This document shows, piece after piece, positions 1-12,925 of a DNA stretch of 64,000 nucleotides. Source of the stretch: Torpedo marmorata (taxonomy: Eukaryota); contig OZ360230.1 of assembly GCA_977017645.1 (NCBI GenBank), positions 16,926,001 to 16,990,000 on the forward strand, read 5' to 3'. Every line of letters starts with the position of its first letter. The stretch's first letter is position 1. The translations under genes were made by a program, and so were the position numbers. The notes beneath the pieces were generated by a model. It saw only the letters and a list, made by a program, of their open reading frames with translations, had not been told where the DNA came from and did not search any database.

Positions 1-49
1 TGTGTTTTTTACTTCAACCACGGTGTCTACAGATTTTCGTGTTTTACTT
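1..49 (+). mobile_element. 3' tail of the Penelope-derived repeat family (cut by the window edge)
   Basis: tgtgttttttacttcaaccacggtgtctacagattttcgtg matches the tails at 18175-18216, 60406-60437 and 11907-11952. Confidence 0.75.
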
Positions 50-774
50 TCTTTTATAATAGCGACCCATCTGATTTTAGCTTCTCCCTCTCGAACTGCA
101 AAGTGAATTCTATTACATTGTGATGCTAATAGCTTTGCAATAATAAATGCATAAGATAAGTATTTAAATTTCAAATGAGAATTGAATCAGAATGTTGTAT
201 CAACCACCAATGAACAGATCAAATCACAATTTCTGGTCACGGAACATATTGCAATGCAAGGTTGCAAATGAAGGAACCAAAATCAATTTTAAGTGCTGTC
301 ATCAGATTATAACATCTATAATTTCTACTCTGAGTGTATTTTCAACTAAGTGCAGCACTGTTCGGGAAGCTGAAAGGACCACTGCTATCTCTCAGTAACA
401 AAGCTCTGGATTCAATAGTCAAAATCAAAATAGTTCACGGAGCAGATAATATCAAACCTAAGCCTGGAAATTAGAAATTATGTTGCATCAAGCATCATAT
501 GTATTTAAGGGGATTAATGAGAGATCAAGACACTTATAAAGTAATAACAGTGCAAAACTAGTTATAACTTATAATGCAGAGAAATGAAAAATAGTTGATA
601 TACATAAACAATAAATGGTATTTAAATAACTGATGTCAGCAGACTTTTGTGTTTTACTTCTAATATATAAACAGATATGTATATATCTCAAGCCAGTGAT
701 TACAAGCTAACAACATGTATGTTTGGGATATAACATGCATTCAAGCTTCTCTTTTCAATGTAATTTTCCTTCAG

Positions 775-1110
775 GTGTGCCTTCAGCAGTACGTAATGTT
801 ATTTCAAGTGTGAATGAGACCTCTCTGAGCTTGGAGTGGAGTGAGCCACGGGACACCGGTGGCCGAGATGACCAGCTCTACAATATCATCTGCAAGAAGT
901 GCAGTGTCGAGGGCAAAATCTGCTCCAGATGTGATGACAATGTTGAGTTTGTTCCACGGCAGCTGGGCGTGACAGAAAGGCGGGTGTTTATCAGCAATCT
1001 TCTGGCTCACACGCGCTACACGTTTGAAATCCAAGCAGTAAATGGCGTTTCCAGCAAGAGTCCGCACCCTCCCCAGTTTACAGCTGTTAACATCACTACA
1101 AATCAGGCTG
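775..1110 (+). CDS. EPHB3: EphB3 coding exon, first FN3 domain (equivalent of human exon 5; upstream exons lie outside the window)
   Basis: ttcag acceptor, gtgagt donor; encodes VPSAVRNVISSVNETSLSLEWSEPRDTGGRDDQLYNIICKKC...RCDDNVEFVPRQLG...VNITTNQA. Confidence 0.96.
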
Positions 1111-3350
1111 GTGAGTAGGGAGATATTTTAATATTTCAGGTGATGTATTTATAAAATATAACTGTCCTTTTACCTCTGTTCACCTAATATTGAGTTGAAT
1201 AATTCACTGAATACTGCCACTGTCGGACTGTAGATTAGCAAGGTTTAAGGTGGAGTCCACGGTGCATAGAACTAATTTCTCTTAGACAAGCAGCAACAGT
1301 AGGAAGGTGCCAGGCCCATGATTCCTGCACTTGATATTTTTCTTGTGAATACTAATTGTGCACATCTGCAGCTGGAGAAAGAAATTAGGTAGGAAGAAGA
1401 GAGGATTTCATCCCAATGTGAGTGTGGAAGAAATTGGGAGGGAAGGAATGGACATGTTTTATAAAACATGTTGTGAAAAGAAGGCAAGTAAAACATTGCA
1501 GCTTAGAAAACAGATTCTGGTAATAAAAAATGTCATCCTGGGCTGAAAAGATATGAGTGACAAGGATTTGAAAGGAGAGTCAATAGTGATGGAAAAGGGT
1601 CCAAAGTTTAGAAAGAATTTGGTCAAGTTGTTGCAAAACCTTTTGTTGTTTGGATGTGAGAAAGTAGTGGAATATGCAGCTGAATGGTAAGGAAATGAGA
1701 ACCATGATTCGAGGGCTTGACGACCAATTTCACAAGCAGATTTTGGTTTGTAATATGTGGTTCACAAGACAGTGATCATTAGGCCAAGGCATTGCACAAT
1801 TGGATGGACTTTAAACGGGCCCTGATGGGTTTAGAGTTGGGGAGCAGCAGAATGATAAGGAAGACATTGGAAAGATTAACACAGCTGGATGGAAGGCCAT
1901 CCTCAGGTAACGAACAGGTTCTGTCTTTACAAACGTCCAGAAGTCAATTTTGTCTGGAAGTCAGAACATACACAAAAGTCACCCCACTTGGTAACCACAT
2001 CTCCACAGTGGCATCAACTGTGGATTCAAAAAAACATAATAAGACTGTTGAGAAAGAACAATCACTAAAAGCAACGAGAGAGAGGAAACTAGTTCTGCCG
2101 TTCTTAGGAATGAACATAATGAACATGAACGTTGGACTTGTAGGAGCTTGTTTGTATGTCGTGGTGTCCATAATTTGGGCTTTCATAAGCTAGTGCGGAG
2201 ACAGCCTCTATTAGGAAAGGCAGAAGACGGAATCAGGCTTACTGCCTTGGATACATAATTTCTGGATAGTTGAGCCGAAACAATTTCCCTAATTAACTTC
2301 AGCTTCGATTCATTCATCATATTGAAACCAAGCGATAAGAGATGTTTGTCCAGAGAGAGGTAGTAGGGCATCATTCTGCCAAAATAAATGAAATGGGGAG
2401 AGTCAATTTTGTTGAGTGAAGATTCAACATCATCAGAATTTCATGATCCTCTCCCACACTGAGCTGCAGTGATGCACAGCCAAGGACTCCAGTAATCTGA
2501 CAATCCATCCTGCCAACCAGGTGGAAGGGAAAAAATCACTCTTTATTTTCATTCTGAAATATCTCTTTCACACACTCATCTTTATTTTTTTAAACTTGTT
2601 TTTTTTTTTAAAAATCAAATCTTTTTTTCTTGCTTAAAAACAAATTTATTTGGCTATAGTCAAACTGTGAAATGATTTTGATGCGCTGAAGAGCTGGTGA
2701 TAAAACATTTTGGCCAAGGCACTGGGAAGACTGTTCTGAGTACTGTCATCACTCACCAGACCACTTACATCTTTAATGAAGTCTCTTTTTTAATCTCGTA
2801 AGAGCTGATTGCGAATTTGTGCTTCTCTCCCTCCCTCGAATGCAGTCCGTGTTCGAAACATGAATGGTTTCCTGCATGGTGCAAGTCAATGTGTTGCACC
2901 TGCTGATCTCTGAAGTGTCGACATCAAATATATTTGGTTAATATCAACAACTCACGCACAAATGTTTGAAAATGAATATCCCCTCGCTCTGCTCTGTTCT
3001 AATTTCTCCTGTCACTATACCTCAGAGTACTCTTACATTATCTATAGCTAGTTTAGGAAAGGGGCATTCTTATATGTGCTATTACTGTGCCTTTGGTTAT
3101 GCCATGATGCATAATTTGTTTCCATATGACATTGTTGCTGTATGCCATACAGATTACATGTACAGTAATTATTTTAAATTGTTAAGAAAATCTACTGAAA
3201 CATTCTAGCATTTAGTTACAGAGAAAACTTGCAAATTCAGAAAAAAAATGTAACTGACACTCATATGGCCAACGATTACATAAAAACATAAGTGTGAAGA
3301 AAGTCAGTAGGTCAAACAGTGTACTTTATGTAGCAAAGGATTTTATTTAT

Positions 3351-3375
3351 CACACACACACACACACACACACAC
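3351..3375 (+). repeat. (CA)n microsatellite next to a Penelope terminal-repeat fragment (about 3282-3340)
   Basis: Direct reading; the preceding ggtcaaacagtgtactttatgtagcaaag matches 18070-18098. Confidence 0.9.
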
Positions 3376-4985
3376 TTTGTCAAAAACTCTGATTCCAATT
3401 ATTGAAACCTCTCAACCCTTAAGAAAGGATTTATTTGAGGGTGGTCATCCTCAGGGTTAGGACTTGTCTGACTTTCGCGTTAAGCCCTCCTTTTGTATTG
3501 TAGCTTATCGTCCAGTGATTAGTTCCTGAATATTCATTCACAGGGCACTTTTTAATATTATAAGTCTGACACAATGAAATGGTGCTAGGGGACTTGCTAA
3601 GTCGCTGCCTGAAGCAGCTGGTGGGATGCCATCAGCCTTTGTCATTCAGGAATTCACACTGGCAGTCCAGGTGCTGGATGGCGTAGCTGTAATTATGTCC
3701 TGAGAGATGGCTGTGTTGTGGCCCAGGCCATTAGGGAATCTTAGCTCAAGGCAGTATGTATGTAATTTGTCCTTTGATTGGTGTTTAATTGATGGTATTA
3801 GCTTCTATTGTTGTGTGACTGGATTAAAGGAATTGGGCAGCAGGAGCTGTAAATGGAGGAAATCTTTCGTCTTTTTTTCTGGGTAAAACTTTTAAAATAG
3901 TTCAGGTTTAAACAGGATGATGGAACTTGTTCTGTGTGCTCACAGTTCCACTTGAAGCATTGCATAAATGATAAGGATATATCTCTCAAAGTGGATTACA
4001 GTTTCAAATAAATAAATAAGCAAGTCAACTCACCATTTAAACATGTTTCCTTGGTGAAAAATCATTTGACATTATTTAAAATATTTCCTAATCATTCCAC
4101 TGCATATTAAAGAAAGATTAATTTATTTAATTTTTATGAAGTATTTTGCATATAATTAATATCTTTTATATATTATGGGCTCAGACCAATAACTTTTTTT
4201 AGTTGTGACCAAAATGCTTGTGTTATAAATAGCCGATGCTGTGAATGCAGTGAGATGTGATAAATAACTACACTCACAAGACGGACCTCAAAACAGACTA
4301 CATCATTTTCATCACTCACTCATGAAAATATGCAGCTGTACCGGATATACTTTTAAATGAATGTCTCTCTTTGTGATCGAACAAATGTAATGCTTCATAG
4401 AATTGTGGTTTTAAACAAAGAACAGGATCTACACTTTTAAGTGTCAGGCATGGATCAGGAATAGAGTTTAAGAGTCTTAATTAAGGTTTTTAAATTTATG
4501 AGAGATTTACACTACAAAAGACCAATTCCTCTGATAGGGGAGTCAGCTTGTTCTTATGTCAGATGATAACTAATAGAGTGAGGAGATGGATAGAATTTTT
4601 TTCTAATTTATAATTGTCAAGAGTTGTGAATGTTTTTACGATAAATGGTAAGTTTCTGTTTGTTTATCACATTACACCTGGTACAGTGAGTGAGAAGGGT
4701 TCTTCCATGAGCAGGCTGACAAGTCAACTCTAATATTCATACAACTGTATAAAGTAGAAGAACAAGAGCATAATTAAAATGTATCTTCACGATGGAGAGA
4801 ATTAGCCTCGGAATTGAAACTGATGTAGAAAGAATGTAATGGAAAGAGAGAGAAAAGTACAGTGGAACTTGTTTTGGATAGACATAGTAAAAAGCCAATA
4901 GAGAAAACCTGGGGCAAAAAGCTTTTTACCTGAACTGTAATCTTCCTAGTGTTGGGAATATTTAATGTTTATGTTTTCTTTGCAG

Positions 4986-5110
4986 CTCCTTCTCCTGTTC
5001 TTATGGTACATTTGCTGAGTGCCACTTCAGATAGCATGACCCTTTCATGGCTTGCTCCTGAAAAACCTAACGGTATCATTCTGGACTATGAGCTGAAATA
5101 TCGTGAAAAG
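4986..5110 (+). CDS. EPHB3: EphB3 coding exon, second FN3 domain N-part
   Basis: tgcag acceptor, gtactt donor; hand translation APSPVLMVHLLSATSDSMTLSWLAPEKPNGIILDYELKYREK; not in the ORF track. Confidence 0.95.
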
Positions 5111-5503
5111 GTACTTCATGGATAATTAGAAGAACCTTGCTCTGGCATGGTGTCATTTTGGTTTGCTAAGCCCAGACTGTTGAAGCTTTGTCTTGCCAAT
5201 CATTCTTTTAAATACACAGAACAAGTGCAGTCAAGTTGAATGCCAGGAAGACAAAACAGATTGTAATTTTTTTTAAATTGTACAGAAGGCAAAGTATTTT
5301 TTAAACTTTTTTTTAAAGAATATAAATATGTTTTCAAATGTTTATGTGTAGAATTATCAGATCAAATATATTTTTCATAAAGATGAACATCATAAACTCA
5401 CTTTTCCAAATAAAGGGGATATTGTGTGAAGGGGATGGAAATTATCTCGGGATCTCAGGTGATATTTACATTCCTCAGTATATTTACATTTGTTTCATTC
5501 CAG

Positions 5504-5666
5504 AACCAAGATGAGTCAACAGCATCGACCATTACAAGTCAGAAGAACAATATCCGTATTGATGGGTTAAAACCAACTGCTTTTTATGGTGTTCAGGTGC
5601 GGGCCAGGACTGTGGCTGGATACGGGAAGTACAGCAAAACTGTAGATTTCCAGACACTGATGGAAA
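5504..5666 (+). CDS. EPHB3: EphB3 coding exon, second FN3 domain C-part
   Basis: ttccag acceptor, gtatgt donor; NQDESTASTITSQKNNIRIDGLKPTAFYGVQVRARTVAGYGKYSKTVDFQTLME. Confidence 0.95.
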
Positions 5667-6040
5667 GTATGTCCATTTTATTTGGAGCTTGGCAAACAGT
5701 ACTCAACAAAAGTATTTCCAGATGTGAAATGAAATTAGTTGCTATAAGTTATTAACATTATTAAAATGCATGATCACTTCTGCAAAATGAAGAATAATCT
5801 AAGTCTCTTTAATTTTTAAATATTTATTATTGATCAGTGGTGATATTTGTCAAATGATTTTATAACCATGATAAGTTGTTGAGTGATGTAGCATCATGAA
5901 AGGACATTGAGAATTGAATATATAAAATAATATTCAAATTATAAAAGGCTATGCATTTATTTCATTGTCACTGTGTTTGTGCAATTAGCCTTTATATTTG
6001 TTGGTTTCTTATCTAAAACCCGATTTTTTTCCCCATTTAG

Positions 6041-6149
6041 GTGAGAATAGTAAAAGCATTCAGGAGCAACTGCCCTTGATTGTAGGTTCTGCTACTGCAG
6101 GCCTAGTTTTTCTTGTAGCTGTGCTGATTGTTGCTTTGGTTTGCATCAG
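6041..6149 (+). CDS. EPHB3: EphB3 coding exon, transmembrane helix
   Basis: tttag acceptor, gtaaca donor; SENSKSIQEQLPLIVGSATAGLVFLVAVLIVALVCIR. Confidence 0.95.
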
Positions 6150-6267
6150 GTAACATCATATTTTAATTTATTCAGAAAATAATTACATGAAAAATTCTTA
6201 TTATGTATACTTTATGTTCTGAGGACCACAATAAAAAGGTGTATTTTTCTTTTTTTTTTGCACTAAG

Positions 6268-6332
6268 GAAACGTGGAAGCGACTCAGAGTCAGAATACAC
6301 AGAAAAACTCCAGCAATACAGCACTGGCCACA
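6268..6332 (+). CDS. EPHB3: EphB3 coding exon, juxtamembrane
   Basis: poly-T tract plus AAG acceptor, gtaagt donor; KRGSDSESEYTEKLQQYSTGH. Confidence 0.92.
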
Positions 6333-6858
6333 GTAAGTTCTTTCTTTCAACCTTTCTGAAAGAAGTAGGTTGGGGTAGAAATTAGTCCAAATCAGTTCTG
6401 TATAGATGTCATCGGGCAACTTTTGGTACAGCTAAAATTAATTTCAACACTGATTTTGATAAGTTTGGCTTACCTGTTGTGCATCAATTGGCAGTGTTTT
6501 ACATTTCAGGGTGCTTCCCTCTTCAAGGTGCTGAGGGTTGGGTATAATGTATTGGGGTTGAGGAATTTGAAAGTATTTCTACTACTTTTAAGTTACACAA
6601 GTGTAATTTTATGTCCCTTTCAAAACAATGGTGGCAGTAGTGTATTCTGACGAATTATAATTGGGGCAGAAGGAGCATGCCTTCCACTCATCTCAGTTCA
6701 CAGCAACAAATGTTAGGGCCCTCGTTTTGACAGGTTTCATTGGGCAAATGTGTATAGGATGGAAACAGGCCCTTCGGCCCAACTGACCCGTGCCAACCAC
6801 CAAACTTAGATTTACTGTACACATTTAACTGTAAGACACAACTAGGTCCAATTTCTAG

Positions 6859-7104
<246 letters not shown>

Positions 7105-7180
7105 TAAAATATACTTATATTCATCCATTTTTACTGAATGCTCAATTTGACAGTTAATTTGTGTTTTTTTTTTAATGCAG

Positions 7181-7428
7181 GTGAATTTGGGGAAGTATGT
7201 AGAGGACGTCTTAAACTTCCAGGGCGTAGGGAAATTTTTGTAGCAATAAAGACTCTCAAAGCTGGGTACACGGAAAGGCAACGAAGAGATTTCCTGAGTG
7301 AAGCCAGTATCATGGGACAATTTGATCATCCAAACATCATCCACTTAGAGGGAGTGGTCACTAAAAGTCGCCCTGTCATGATCGTGACTGAGTTTATGGA
7401 GAATGGTGCCTTGGACTCCTTCCTCAGG
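7181..7428 (+). CDS. EPHB3: EphB3 coding exon, kinase N-lobe
   Basis: tgcag acceptor, gtaagt donor; [27 protein letters not shown]...[10 protein letters not shown]. Confidence 0.97.
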
Positions 7429-7760
7429 GTAAGTAGAAGCGGAGGAAGCTTATACATTGAGTTTCTCTACAATAGTTGAAGGCAATTGGGCAGGGTACCC
7501 AGTGAGCTTCAGTGCATGTCTTCTCACTTTACACTTAATTCACTGTTGAATATTGTCCCATGAAATGGTTCAGATGAAATGTTTTTGACCTGAAGCATTC
7601 ATGCTGTTTCTCTATCCATACAAGCTGCTTGAACCCACTGAGTGCTTCCTGAAATCTTTGTTTTCATTTGAACTTGTGTTATGAACTTCCTTTTCGTCAA
7701 CAGCTTTCTCTTAAACTAAGGCTAAAAATGCCATAGCAACCTTTAATTTTCATGGAATTT

Positions 7761-8489
7761 CACGACAACAACCTTGTGCTCAACGTCAGCAAAACCAAGG
7801 AGATGATTGTGGACTTCAGGAGGAGGTCAGGGGAACATGATCCGGTCCTCATCGAGGGCTCAGTAGTGGAGAGGGTCAAGAACTTCAAATTCCTGGGTGT
7901 CAACATCTTCAAGGATCTGTCCTGGAGCCTCCACGTTGATGCAATCACAAAGAAGGCTCGCCAGCGGCTATACATTGTGAGGTGTCTAAGGAGATTCGGT
8001 ATGTCGCCGAAGACTCTCGTAAACTTCTACAGGTGTACTGTGGAGAGCATTCTGGCTGGTTGTATCACTGCCAGGTATGGAGGCGCCAACTCTCAGGACA
8101 AGAATAAACTCCAGAGGGTTGTTAACTCGGCCTGTGACATCACAGGCACCAGACTTCACTCCATCGAGGACATCTACATGAAAGCAGCCTCTGTCCTCAA
8201 AGACCCCCACCATCCAGGCCATGCCCTCGTCACTCTGCTACCATCGGGAAAAAGGTACAGGAGCCTAAAGACGAGCACTCAACGGCACAAGGACAGCTTC
8301 TTCTCCACTGCCATCAGATTCCTGAATAATAAATGAACCAAAGACACTGCCTTACTTTTCATGCACTATTATTTACATTTTTTTATAGTAATGTCGTAAG
8401 ATGGTTATAATATGAATGTTTGCACTATGATGCTGCCGCAAAACACCTAATTTCATGACTTGTTCATGACAATAAATTCTGATTCTGAT
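7761..8489 (+). mobile_element. 5'-truncated Rex1/Babar-type LINE in an EphB3 intron (sense)
   Basis: ORF 7752-8336 [14 protein letters not shown]...KKARQRLY...LPSGKRYRS; 3' end tgacaataaa plus (TTCTGA)n; same family as 43731-44772. Confidence 0.85.
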
Positions 8490-8740
8490 ATGCCAGACCA
8501 AAGAGGAATGTCCTGTTCAGGTTTAATGTATCATGCCTGTCACATTTCTTTGTGTGATACTCTGCAGGTGTGCTCTGCACAGTCACCTGCTTCAAGGAAT
8601 TTTTGTTTTTCACCAAGGTTACCTCAGGAATTTACCTTGAAACCTGATCTCCTCTTTTGCTGCTTTTATGGAAACTGAATATCTAATATGTTTTATTTGT
8701 TGAATTTCTGACCTTGCTTGTTATTTTGCTTGCTTTACAG

Positions 8741-8956
8741 ATGAATGACGGACAGTTCACAGTGATCCAGCTGGTTGGCATGTTGAGAGGGATTGCAGCT
8801 GGGATGAAATATTTGTCAGAAATGAACTACGTGCACAGAGATCTAGCAGCCAGGAACATTCTTGTCAACAGTAACCTTGTGTGTAAAGTGTCTGATTTTG
8901 GTTTGTCAAGGTTCCTGGAGGATGATGCAGCTGATCCAACTTACACAAGTTCACTG
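8741..8956 (+). CDS. EPHB3: EphB3 coding exon, catalytic loop and DFG
   Basis: tacag acceptor, gtgagg donor; [15 protein letters not shown]...[41 protein letters not shown]. Confidence 0.97.
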
Positions 8957-9354
8957 GTGAGGGCAATATCAGGTTAAGTTATGTGCATTTCATAGACAAC
9001 TGATGAAAACATGGTTAAATTTAAGTGAGGGGAAGGAGTTATAATTCTAAAGAAACTGTTGTAAATTTTATATTGGTCAAACATGAATCAGAAAAGAATC
9101 ATCTGAAATTTCAAATGACTGATCTATTTATTGTATATTCCACTTCAACATACAGTTCAAAGACTGTTTTTTTAAATTATTGGTACTGTTTGGAAGTATT
9201 CCTGTTCTGTTCTGCTGTTGCTTGTGTTGGATTTTTCCTAGAATGGGTGAGAACTCTGGTGTTTTCTGGGATACGTGACTAAAAGTGCATGTTGGATAGA
9301 GTGAAAAGCAATAACAACTAAATTTGAGTCACTTTGATCAACACTTCCTGGCCT

Positions 9355-10350
9355 TGATTGAGAAATTAGGTTATAGTTTGATTTTACCAAGACAGAATGA
9401 ATTAGAATTATTAGTTACTAAAGGAGATGTAAATAAATTTATTTCTCAAATGTATAAATTGTTTCAGAGGAAAACTTCTAAAGTAGGAATTCATAAATCA
9501 AGATTAAAATGGGAATTAGATTTGAATGTAACAATAGATGAAAATCATTGGAAAGAATTATGTAAATTAAGTATGACGAAGATTATTAATGTTAGATATA
9601 GATTAGTACAATAGAATTTTTTTCATCAATTATATTTAACACCTAAAAAACTAAAGAAATTTAATCCGACATTATCAGGTTTATGTTTTAGATGTAATAA
9701 AGAAGAAGGTTCTTTTGTACACTCTACATGGTTTTGTCCAAAAGTTTATTATTTTTGGTTGAAAGTTAAAAAAATTTTAGATAAAGTATTTAAGATTACA
9801 TTTCCAATGGATCCTATGATATTTTTGTTTGGAGATATTAGAAAATTTAGTATTAAGATGAAATTAAATATGTATCAAATAGAATTTTTGCGAATTGCTT
9901 TAGCTGTTTCAAAGAAATGTATTGCTATTACTTGGAAATCTGATTTAGATTTAGGATTAGAAAGAGGGCATGCAGAACTTCGTTCGTGTATACCTCTTGA
10001 AAAAATTACTTACAATTTACGTAATAAATATCATTTTTTCTTAAAAATTTGGAGCCCATATATGAAAGTTGTTGGTTTAAGGATTTGAAGATCTCTGGGT
10101 ATCGAATCTACTGGCATACCTGACCTCCACAATAGAATTAGTTTATAGATATATGTTTTTTAGATTGGCATTCTCCTTACTCTATCTTTTTATTTCTTTC
10201 TTTATTTTTATTTTATATTTTTTATTTTTATTAGATTAGTGGGGTTGGGAGGGGAGGGTGGGTGAAAATGTATCACAAATATTTTGATAATTTCATATTT
10301 TATTTTATGTATTCTGTGATTTAAAACTTTAAATAAAATATTGGGGAAAA
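9355..10350 (+). mobile_element. 5'-truncated L1-clade LINE with 15-bp TSD
   Basis: ORF2 C-terminal remnant closely matching 42718-43717; G-rich 3' UTR; AATAAA at 10332; TSD aacacttcctggcct at 9340-9354 and 10351-10365. Confidence 0.92.
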
Positions 10351-10460
10351 AACACTTCCTGGCCTGCGTTACCCTTTCCAATGCAATTTTTGTGGTCAAG
10401 TGACATTCAAACCTGTTCAGTATTTAGCAGACTAATTGGAGGGGGTGGGAAGTCACAGCA

Positions 10461-11952
10461 GTAAAAACACACCAAAATGCTGGAGGAACACAGCATTTTC
10501 AGTGTCTTTTCAGTGTCTGTAGGAGACAAAGATATATTGCCGACGATTCGGGCCTGAGCCCTTCTTCAAGGAATAAGCAGAATAAGACAGAAACAGGAAA
10601 TCTCAGAAAGTCTCAGAATACAGACAATGCTGGCTGGGGGAGGAATCCAGACCAACAATAGGTGTTAATTGGATATGATAAAGGACGAGGTAACAATTTA
10701 TCATGTTTGTGCGAAAGGAGACGGAATGGAGATACAGAGATAGGGAAAGGCGATGGGGGAATAAGGTGGGGGGGGGGTGGTTTTAACGAAAGCCAGAGAA
10801 GTCAATATTAATGCTATCTGGTTGGAGGATGCCCAGTTGGAAGGTGAGGTGTTGTTCCTCCAATTTGCAGGTGGTCTCAGTCTGGCAGTGCATGAGACCA
10901 TGGACAGACATGTCAGCAAAGGAATGTGATGGAGAATTGAAATAGGTGGCCACTGGGAGATCCACACTATTGCAGCGGACAGAGCCAAGGTGCTCAACAA
11001 AGCGATCTCCCAGTCTGCGTCCAATCTCTCCGATGTAGAGGAGACCACAACGGGAACACCGGATGCAGGAGATGACCCCTGCAGATTCACAAGTGAAATG
11101 TTTCTTCACGTGGACTGTTTGGGGCCCCGAATGGTGGTGAGGGAGGAGGTGTGGCCGCAAGTGGAGCATCTCCTGCGGTCACAGGGGTAGGTCCCAAGGA
11201 GACGATTGGTGGGGAGGGAGGAGTGGACAAGGGAGTCACAGAGGGAGTGGACCCTGCAGAAGGCGGAGAGGGGAATATGTGTCTAGTGGTGGGATCACAT
11301 AGTAGGTGGCGGAAATGACGGAGGAGGATGTGTTGGATGGGGAGGCTGGTGGGGTGGTAGGTGAGGACAAGAGGAATCCTGTCCTTGTTGCGCATGGGGG
11401 CAGATGTGCGGGTAATGGAGGGTATGCGGGTGAGCACCAAGTTGATTGAAGAAGGAGGACATCTCTTGATGATCTGGCATGGAAGTCCTCATCCTGGGTG
11501 CAGATGCGACAGAGATGGAGGAATTGAGAGAATGGAATGGAATCCTTACAGGGGACAGGGTGGGAAGAAGAGTAGTCGAGGTAGTTGTGGGAGTTGGTGG
11601 CTTTCATTAAAACAACCCCCCACCCCCCCCCTCCTTCTTCCCCCATTGCCTTTCCCTATCTCTGTTTCTCCATTCCGTCTTCTTTCGCACAAACATGATA
11701 AATTCTTACCTCGTCCTTTATCATATCCAATTAACACCTTTTGTTGGTCTGGATTCCTCCCCCAGCCAGCATTGTCTGTATTCTGAGACTTTCTGAGATT
11801 TCCTGCTTCTGGCTTATACTGCTTATTCCTTGAAGAAGAGCTCAGGCCGAAAAGTCGGCAATATATCTTTGTCTCCTATAGACACTGAAAAGACCAGCAT
11901 TTCGGTGTGTTTTTACTACAATCACAGCGTCTGCAGACTTTCGTGTTTCACT
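10461..11952 (-). mobile_element. Penelope-like element: RT thumb and GIY-YIG remnant between inverted pseudo-LTRs
   Basis: ORF 10783-11169 FTCESAGVISCIRCSRCGLLYIGEIGRRLGDRFVEH (GIY-YIG with CCHH); YLDYSSSHP...KDSIPFSQF in ORF 11236-11646; arms 10461-10796 and 11599-11916 are reverse complements; TSD gaagtcac(a/t)gca at 10449-10460 and 11953-11964. Confidence 0.92.
10537..10573 (-). ncRNA. Minimal type I hammerhead-like motif (U3 core; stem III mutated)
   Basis: Minus strand reads TTCC-TTGAAGA-A-GGGC-TCAG-GCCC-GAA-TCGT-C-GGCAA. Confidence 0.6.
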
Positions 11953-12478
11953 GAAGTCACTGCAAACAACTTGGGAAGATTTGGAGCAGGAACTTTTTGG
12001 GACATGTAGGAATAGGAGTTCTCCTATGTTTCTCAAACTGTTTTAAGAGCTACATTCTGCAGCCACTCTGCAGCTGTTACCACTGGGCATCATATGCTTC
12101 ATCACATTTTTATGTGAAAGCGGCTGTCATCGTCTTACCTGATTTGCACATCGAAATACCTTCCAGGCAACGTTAGATTTGCTTGCTGGGGGTCCATTTA
12201 TAGGGGAATTGAATACAACTGGAGTTTATCATTGGGATTGCCAAAATATCCATTCAGTTTTCCTTTGATAATCTCCTATTTTGCCACTGTTGACTGAGAT
12301 TGAACTCAGATTCTTTTCCTGGATGGGATTTATACTCGCACCCTGACGTCTGATATATAGTCGAGATGAAATCTGGCAAAGGATACACTCATTTGTAGCT
12401 TTCTGCCTAAATGACCGGTTCCTCACTCGGCATAGCCATTTATTTTCTGTTGCATTGAGCATGATATTAAGGTGTTAA

Positions 12479-12676
<198 letters not shown>

Positions 12677-12789
12677 TGAGCTGACAAGCAGGTAAACATA
12701 TTCTGTGACAAATTCACTTAGAATATTAGATGAAAATTGTTACATGTTTGAATATAAAAAAAATACTGCAGTTGCTGTACTTCTGAAAT

Positions 12790-12925
12790 GGAACAGAAAA
12801 TGCTGGAAACACTCTGCAAGTCAAGGGAAGCAGTCAACATTTCCGGATGGAGTCCCTTCATCAGTTTGGTTTATCTTTCAAGGATGCTGCTCGACCTGCT
12901 GAACTTTCAAGCATTTTCTGTTTTT
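12790..12925 (-). mobile_element. Older Penelope-type mini-element with a canonical CTGATGA hammerhead-like core at 12832-12867
   Basis: Imperfect inverted ends aacagaaaatgctggaa / ttcaagcattttctgtt; minus strand reads CTGATGA-A-GGGA-CTCCA-TCCG-GAA-ATGT-T. Confidence 0.6.

Noticed and set aside
1792-2193. 133-aa ORF with a hydrophobic C-terminus in an EphB3 intron
   Set aside because: Non-ATG start, no recognisable homology and no supporting splice structure.
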